Shown: piece after piece, positions 25,701 to 29,287 of the stretch
Numbering within the stretch: position 1 is the stretch's first letter
How the letters are laid out: every line of letters starts with the position of its first letter
From: an uncultured Pseudomonadota bacterium
Lineage (GTDB): Bacteria > BMS3Abin14
Direction: 5' to 3'
DNA length: 29,287 nt
NCBI GenBank assembly: GCA_964454175.1
Contig: CAYVSA010000023.1
Span: 1 to 29,287, forward strand
Position numbers and translations under genes: made by a program
Notes under the pieces: model-generated
What the model was told of the DNA's origin: nothing
What the model saw: the letters and a program-made list of their open reading frames with translations, nothing else
Database searches by the model: none

Positions 25701-26261
25701 ATACCCGGAATCGTCCACAGCAAGGACACTCAGCTGATCCTTTGCAGCGGGCGGGGCAACATTATCGGCCATCTCTTCGGCAAGTTCGATCTCAAGATCA
25801 GTATCGGCGGCCGAGGAAATATCCACCAGACCCTGGAGCTTATCTTCAATACTTTCCCTGTCGAGAAGGGGCTCGGCCTGATCCAGCCGCCCGAGAACTT
25901 TCGACAGCATGTCGAAAAGCTCCTGACCCGAAAAGGGTTTTAACAGGTACCCGTCAGCGTGGACCCTTAACTGGGCATGTTTTTTCAGGAGGTCTCTCTC
26001 CACTTTCCCGGACATCATTATCACCGGAATGTGGGCCGTATCCTGGGATTCTTTAAGGTTGCGTAAAAGTACGAAGCCCTGGACCTTGGGAATTTCTATA
26101 TCGGTCAGCACGATATCAGGCAGCTCGGAACGAGCAAGGGCAAGGCCTTTTTCACCGTCTGAGGCTGTAATTATGTCAAAATCGGTCTCGGAGAGGAGGT
26201 CGTTAACGTAAGTCTGGAAAAAAAGATCGTCCTCTATGACCAGAATTTTCTTACCTGCCAT
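22731..26261 (-). CDS. Dual-receiver, long coiled-coil, membrane-anchored protein (FrzS-like receivers)
   Basis: REC1 (KKILVIEDD..VLTD..LKPF), REC2 (VLAVDD..VLLD..RKPF), about 600 aa of E/K/L-rich heptads, TM helix TIAILVLLACLVFFAGYLTL, then a ~210-aa C-terminal domain. ATG 26261 preferred. Confidence 0.88.
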   Translation of the reverse strand: MAGKKILVIEDDLFFQTYVNDLLSETDFDIITASDGEKGLALARSELPDIVLTDIEIPKVQGFVLLRNLKESQDTAHIPVIMMSGKVERDLLKKHAQLRVHADGYLLKPFSGQELFDMLSKVLGRLDQAEPLLDRESIEDKLQGLVDISSAADTDLEIELAEEMADNVAPPAAKDQLSVLAVDDSGYILDMVREFLEEAGMRVYQAMDGEEGLEVAREILPDLVLLDVQMPAMNGFIVCENLKKDPNTSWIPVVIMSAVVDEDSLRRYSGLKHRADGYLRKPFKKAELLDVVRRIAGAGGAGTATKVISDVEEKTDFLLPVAEVQDQQQALTAAERKKLSEATEQLKTARLEIEGLQKKQSDLMDELSSVQRHKDEILTKLENLEEQATDRERELSEKLTLATKRVDETGKSLDDLQGVDGKLKMDLAAAVSAKEEVEEQARALVENHQQERDRIKKLQGDLDALEKKRIELEGDITGRDEKLLGLEKEKENLQLKLSDLSTEFVRLDTENQELKSQVTEGSVRVSELERHSRELEESVPDPEEIASREAELTSVRDDLSLGRERIRILEEERDKLAEDKSAARQEISSAEEAARKTAGELESLRKVVSERESSIESLESELESQRKILTDQAETRLELEEKVRELEETLAEAEAEAGKLSAVESDLELEKAARAELAEKTAGELEAKQKILDETGEVRDEMSRQVELGESRIHELEKELAAGNERITSLETVEEELSAATERLRGLEALEGELEKEREKVSRLQESEEEIKAERERIKDIEGRYEKLLEENSYLHTRLEEGSSVEAESLSGWVESMKTGSTGSEFDLIQKEFSDRLDKLEGILDRTVSEAQSVVLEQKEQEDRLEDRLRSMMQALEDERDEHRKERERRRVTEDEMRKLVEESYQERMKMMGEEMERFYPMQVKDVPRPLEVVTGRRRMTTIAILVLLACLVFFAGYLTLSSLKDGKGAGRTTLEQTPAGEGSSDLSDASAVHDPDDESGYEELWRRQTVQSVSEDMRIQATLHTREELISAIKFSAAREKWSEDRISRVIGDLSNTFSLNRSFYVTVFAKNLKSGYPGYANNLESHLVLRDPEGNETGALLTEGLANRKFIMSHITAAGKHVNPVFMYEVGITVAFPKEKIVVSPEKLQLVIYDVGEVPLRVLSWDVSDWKVAI

Positions 26262-26281
26262 GTAATTCCCCAACAGATCCC

Positions 26282-26929
26282 CTACCGAACCCGGGTCCTG
26301 AGTACCAGGGATCTGTTCTCCCTGTAGAATTCGTATTCTATTCGAGCGGGAAGGACCTCAATCGAAACCCTGACACCACCCGAAACACCCACTAATTCAT
26401 CGAGGTAAATCTCCCCGATGATCCTGCCGCCTCCGGCAACGCGGTCAGGCATTTCCAGTTTTACACCGGGAAAAGTTACAACGATCCACTTCCTTGTCAG
26501 CTTCGCCGACGTCGAAACATCGAAAACAGCCTTGCCATTTGTGGAAAATATGACCAGAGCCCGGTCCGGCGTCTCGACAATTGAAATATTGTTGAGTACA
26601 GCTGGCCGGATGGGCCCGCCGGTTCTACTGACCGCTGTAAGAGGACCATCTCCAGCACTGTTCGATGCTTCGTTAACAGCAGCCTGTTTCAGGGTCTTTC
26701 CGGGTTCATACTCCGACGAAAAATCCTGCTTGAGGCTGTCTTCAGAAACCGTGTCAAGGTCCGCTGAACCCACAGTAACGGCGCACAAAACCAGAAATAC
26801 CGACAACAGGGAAATGCCAAAATCCCGTCTGGTTGCACGCCGGCGATTTTCCAGCGCATACCGCCACCGCCACCGGCAGGAAACGGGGGCACATCCAGAA
26901 TGGACAAAGTGACATTCGCCTCGGGCCAA
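26282..26929 (-). CDS. Secreted protein with AMIN-like C-terminal domain; start uncertain (possibly CTG at 26854)
   Basis: Signal-like TRRDFGISLLSVFLVLCAVTVGSA; beta-rich domain 'LNNISIVETPDRALVIFSTNG...WIVVTFPG...VRVSIEV' resembling AMIN. Confidence 0.65.
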   Translation of the reverse strand: MARGECHFVHSGCAPVSCRWRWRYALENRRRATRRDFGISLLSVFLVLCAVTVGSADLDTVSEDSLKQDFSSEYEPGKTLKQAAVNEASNSAGDGPLTAVSRTGGPIRPAVLNNISIVETPDRALVIFSTNGKAVFDVSTSAKLTRKWIVVTFPGVKLEMPDRVAGGGRIIGEIYLDELVGVSGGVRVSIEVLPARIEYEFYRENRSLVLRTRVR

Positions 26930-26973
26930 AAAAACCTCTTAATGATGGGTTTATGGGCCGCTCTAATCAGAAA

Positions 26974-27002
26974 AAAATACCACGCACCCGGGAACGTGTC
27001 AA
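26974..27002 (-). promoter_or_regulatory. Sigma70 promoter for the AMIN/receiver block
   Basis: TTGACA-17 bp-TATTTT with a TG extension on the minus strand. Confidence 0.65.
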
Positions 27003-27063
27003 GGTTCTACAAGACCAGGTAGTGTCGTAACCTTTTAAAATATCTGGATTTTTCAGCAAAGGA

Positions 27064-28107
27064 TCAGGGATGGACCGGCAGGCTGCTAAGCCCGTCCCTT
27101 TCCCCGAAACCCAGCAGTATATTCATGTTCTGAACAGCGGCCCCGGCTGCACCTTTTACGAGATTATCAAGAACCGAGATAATCACCACTCTTCCGGCTC
27201 TCTCATCAAAGCGAGGGGCAACTACGCACATGTTTGTTCCGCTGACTTCCTTTACGCCCGGAAGCGGTGCTTCTGGACCCCTGACGGAAACGAAAGGTTC
27301 ACGTGAGTACCTTCCCTCATAAAGCGCCGTCAAATCATCTTCCTTCATGTCAGAGGAGGGCGCGGCGTAAAGTGTGGTCAGTATTCCCCTGCTGATGGGC
27401 AGCAGGTGCGGGGTAAAAGTGATCTTCAGACCGGTTCCGCTGATATCTCCAAGCTCCTGCTCCATCTCACTGATATGTCTGTGGGTGCCGGCAATACTGT
27501 AAGCCCTGAAGTTCGAATATACTTCGGAGAAGTGCAGGTCGTCCGTGGGTTCTTTTCCTGCACCACTGGTACCGGATTTGCTGTCAGCTATTATTGTCCC
27601 AGGATCCACGAGTCCGTTTTCCAGGAGCGGGATCAATCCCAGAATTACACTGGTTGGATAGCAGCCGGGATTGGCAACGAGCGACGCCTCGCTGATGCTT
27701 TCCCTGTGAAGCTCCGGCAGGCCGTAAACAGCCTCCTTCAGCAGATCCGGCCTGGTGTGATCTCCATACCACTTTTTGTACGCCTCGGAGTCATTCAATC
27801 TGAAATCCGCAGAGAGGTCCACAACCTTGACACCGCGTTCGTGAAGTGCAGCAGCAGCCTCCATGGAACCGCCGTGCGGAAGGCAGAGGAAAACCAGCTC
27901 GGCCGAGACAGCTACCTCGTCGGGGTCGAATTCAGTAAACCTGAGATCGGTCGCTCCCCTCAGGCGGGGTATCGCCTCTCCCACCGCCTCACCTGCACGC
28001 TTCCTGGATGTTGCCAGGACAAGCTCAACCCCTGGATGGGCAATGAGGATCCTCATGAGTTCCATGCCCGTGTATCCAGTTGCGCCGACTATTCCAACAT
28101 TGACCAT
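27064..28107 (-). CDS. argC: N-acetyl-gamma-glutamyl-phosphate reductase
   Basis: GIVGATGYTG, DLSADFRL, ANPGCYPT, SGTSGAG, FTPHLLP, DNLVKGAAG; ATG 28107 follows GGAGG. Confidence 0.97.
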   Translation of the reverse strand: MVNVGIVGATGYTGMELMRILIAHPGVELVLATSRKRAGEAVGEAIPRLRGATDLRFTEFDPDEVAVSAELVFLCLPHGGSMEAAAALHERGVKVVDLSADFRLNDSEAYKKWYGDHTRPDLLKEAVYGLPELHRESISEASLVANPGCYPTSVILGLIPLLENGLVDPGTIIADSKSGTSGAGKEPTDDLHFSEVYSNFRAYSIAGTHRHISEMEQELGDISGTGLKITFTPHLLPISRGILTTLYAAPSSDMKEDDLTALYEGRYSREPFVSVRGPEAPLPGVKEVSGTNMCVVAPRFDERAGRVVIISVLDNLVKGAAGAAVQNMNILLGFGERDGLSSLPVHP

Positions 28108-28135
28108 GTTTTGCCTCCGGAGGGGGGGTAACAAA

Positions 28136-28167
28136 ACGTCCAACGTCTAACGTCTAACGTCTAACGT
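28136..28167. repeat. Heptamer tandem repeat (ACGTCYA)
   Basis: acgtcca acgtcta acgtcta acgtcta acgt. Confidence 0.8.
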
Positions 28168-28200
28168 GGAAAAATGTCTAACAACAATACAAACAACCAC

Positions 28201-28230
28201 AAAAAAAGGGAAGGGCGCAGCGCCCTTCCC
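28201..28230 (-). terminator. Intrinsic terminator of rplM-rpsI
   Basis: Minus strand GGGAAGGGCG-ctg-CGCCCTTCCC followed by T7. Confidence 0.9.
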
Positions 28231-28253
28231 CTGAGATCGAGAATCTGCCGGTA

Positions 28254-28646
28254 TCAGCGCTTTGAGAACTGGAACCTGGCGCGAGCGCCCCTCTGACCAT
28301 ACTTCTTTCGTTCCACTTCGCGGGCATCCCTGGTCAGGTACCCTGCCTTCTTGAGGGGTTTTCTGTAGTCTGCGGAAACGTTGAGAAGAGCCCTGCTGAT
28401 ACCGTGCCTTATGGCACCCGCCTGGCCGCTCACACCGCCGCCCCTGACGTTGACACTCACGTCGAACTGACCCGAAGTCTCAGTCACTTCGAAGGGCTGC
28501 ATGATGATCATCTTCAGAGTCTCCCGTGCCAGGTACTCGTCAGCGTCTTTCCTGTTAATGACGACGCTGCCATCTCCGGGCTTCAGCCAGACCCTGGCTA
28601 CGCAGGTCTTCCTCTTACCGGTCCCATAATATCTTTCCTGCTCCAT
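28254..28646 (-). CDS. rpsI: 30S ribosomal protein S9
   Basis: [49 protein letters not shown]. Confidence 0.98.
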   Translation of the reverse strand: MEQERYYGTGKRKTCVARVWLKPGDGSVVINRKDADEYLARETLKMIIMQPFEVTETSGQFDVSVNVRGGGVSGQAGAIRHGISRALLNVSADYRKPLKKAGYLTRDAREVERKKYGQRGARARFQFSKR

Positions 28647-28656
28647 TATCAACCTC

Positions 28657-29091
28657 TTATTCCTGGAATGTGACTTTTCTGGGCTGCTGTGCCTCGTGGG
28701 GGTGATCAGGGCCGGCGTAGACCTTTAGTTTGCCATAAATAGCCCTGCCTAGCCTGTTTCTGGGAAGCATCCCCTTGACGGCTTTTTTCACGAGTTCCTC
28801 GGGCTTTTTTTCCAGAAGATCTCTGGCCTTGATGCCTCTGATCCCGCCCGGGTAGCCTGAATGCCAATAGTAAACCTTATCGTCAAGCTTGTTCCCGGTA
28901 AGGATCACCTTTTCTGCGTTGACAACCACAACGAAATCGCCAGTGTCAACGTGAGGGGTGAATGTTGGCTTGTCCTTGCCTCTCAGGATGCGGGCTACCT
29001 GGCTGGCCAGACGGCCTAGTACCTGCCCCTCGGCGTCAACTACCACCCAGTTTCTCACAACTTCGCTCTTTTTGGCGGAAAAAGTCTTCAT
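28657..29091 (-). CDS. rplM: 50S ribosomal protein L13
   Basis: [59 protein letters not shown] 29091 follows GAGG. Confidence 0.98.
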   Translation of the reverse strand: MKTFSAKKSEVVRNWVVVDAEGQVLGRLASQVARILRGKDKPTFTPHVDTGDFVVVVNAEKVILTGNKLDDKVYYWHSGYPGGIRGIKARDLLEKKPEELVKKAVKGMLPRNRLGRAIYGKLKVYAGPDHPHEAQQPRKVTFQE

Positions 29092-29143
29092 AACGCGATA
29101 TTCCTCGTAAACTGTAGTGACATATTGGGAAAATGAATAGCGG

Positions 29144-29172
29144 AAAGTAGTACAAATCGAATGGGATGTCAA
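29144..29172 (-). promoter_or_regulatory. Sigma70 promoter of rplM-rpsI
   Basis: TTGACA-17 bp-TACTTT on the minus strand. Confidence 0.7.
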
Positions 29173-29181
29173 TGGTTAATA

Positions 29182-29230
29182 GTCCAGGGATCAAAATCCA
29201 AACCCAGAGGGCCAGGATCCAGTGTCCATT
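29182..29230. repeat. Degenerate heptamer tract
   Basis: gtccagg gatcaaa atccaaa cccagag ggccagg atccagt gtccatt. Confidence 0.55.
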
Positions 29231-29240
29231 ATTTAACATT

Positions 29241-29287
29241 AATAGTGTCGTAAAAAGTCCATGATTGGCTTTTTACTCCTCGGAAAG
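29241..29287 (+). mobile_element. Left part of another MITE-like copy, cut by the window end
   Basis: aatagtgtcgtaaaaagtccatgattggctttttactcctcggaaag matches 11283-11328; preceded by AACATT. Confidence 0.85.

Noticed and set aside
24040-25943. Long plus-strand ORFs (282 and 424 aa)
   Set aside because: Antisense shadows of the E/K/L-rich coiled-coil gene, with Ser- or Leu/Phe-rich composition and no motifs.

Overview
Core-chromosome segment of a bacterium that looks deltaproteobacterial (Desulfobacterota/Myxococcota-like; inferred from gene content). Almost all genes lie on the minus strand. Reading right to left: rplM-rpsI, argC, a three-gene block (AMIN-like secreted protein, 1176-aa dual-receiver/coiled-coil membrane protein, TPR-receiver protein), DUF4416-yicC-gmk-rpoZ-rel/spoT-ridA, rpmB (+), a DUF1858 protein, recG, ndk-rlmN-rpoH, an ABC transporter pair, nadB-chorismate mutase (+), an acidic hypothetical, a PilF/Tgl-like TPR lipoprotein, rodZ and a stand-alone EF-G paralog cut by the window edge. 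I found no rRNA, tRNA, CRISPR array or transposase. The unusual content is mostly intergenic: (1) a 152-bp MITE-like family with 22-bp terminal inverted repeats, 6-bp AWNNWT target duplications and four internal hairpins with compensatory changes between copies (five occurrences); (2) a 42-unit array of an 8-bp repeat with four variants; (3) eight heptamer-repeat tracts; (4) a DnaA-box cluster between ndk and recG. On the protein side, the 1176-aa protein carries an FrzS-type receiver signature but keeps the phosphoacceptor Asp and is membrane-anchored. All assignments are by eye; no searches were run.
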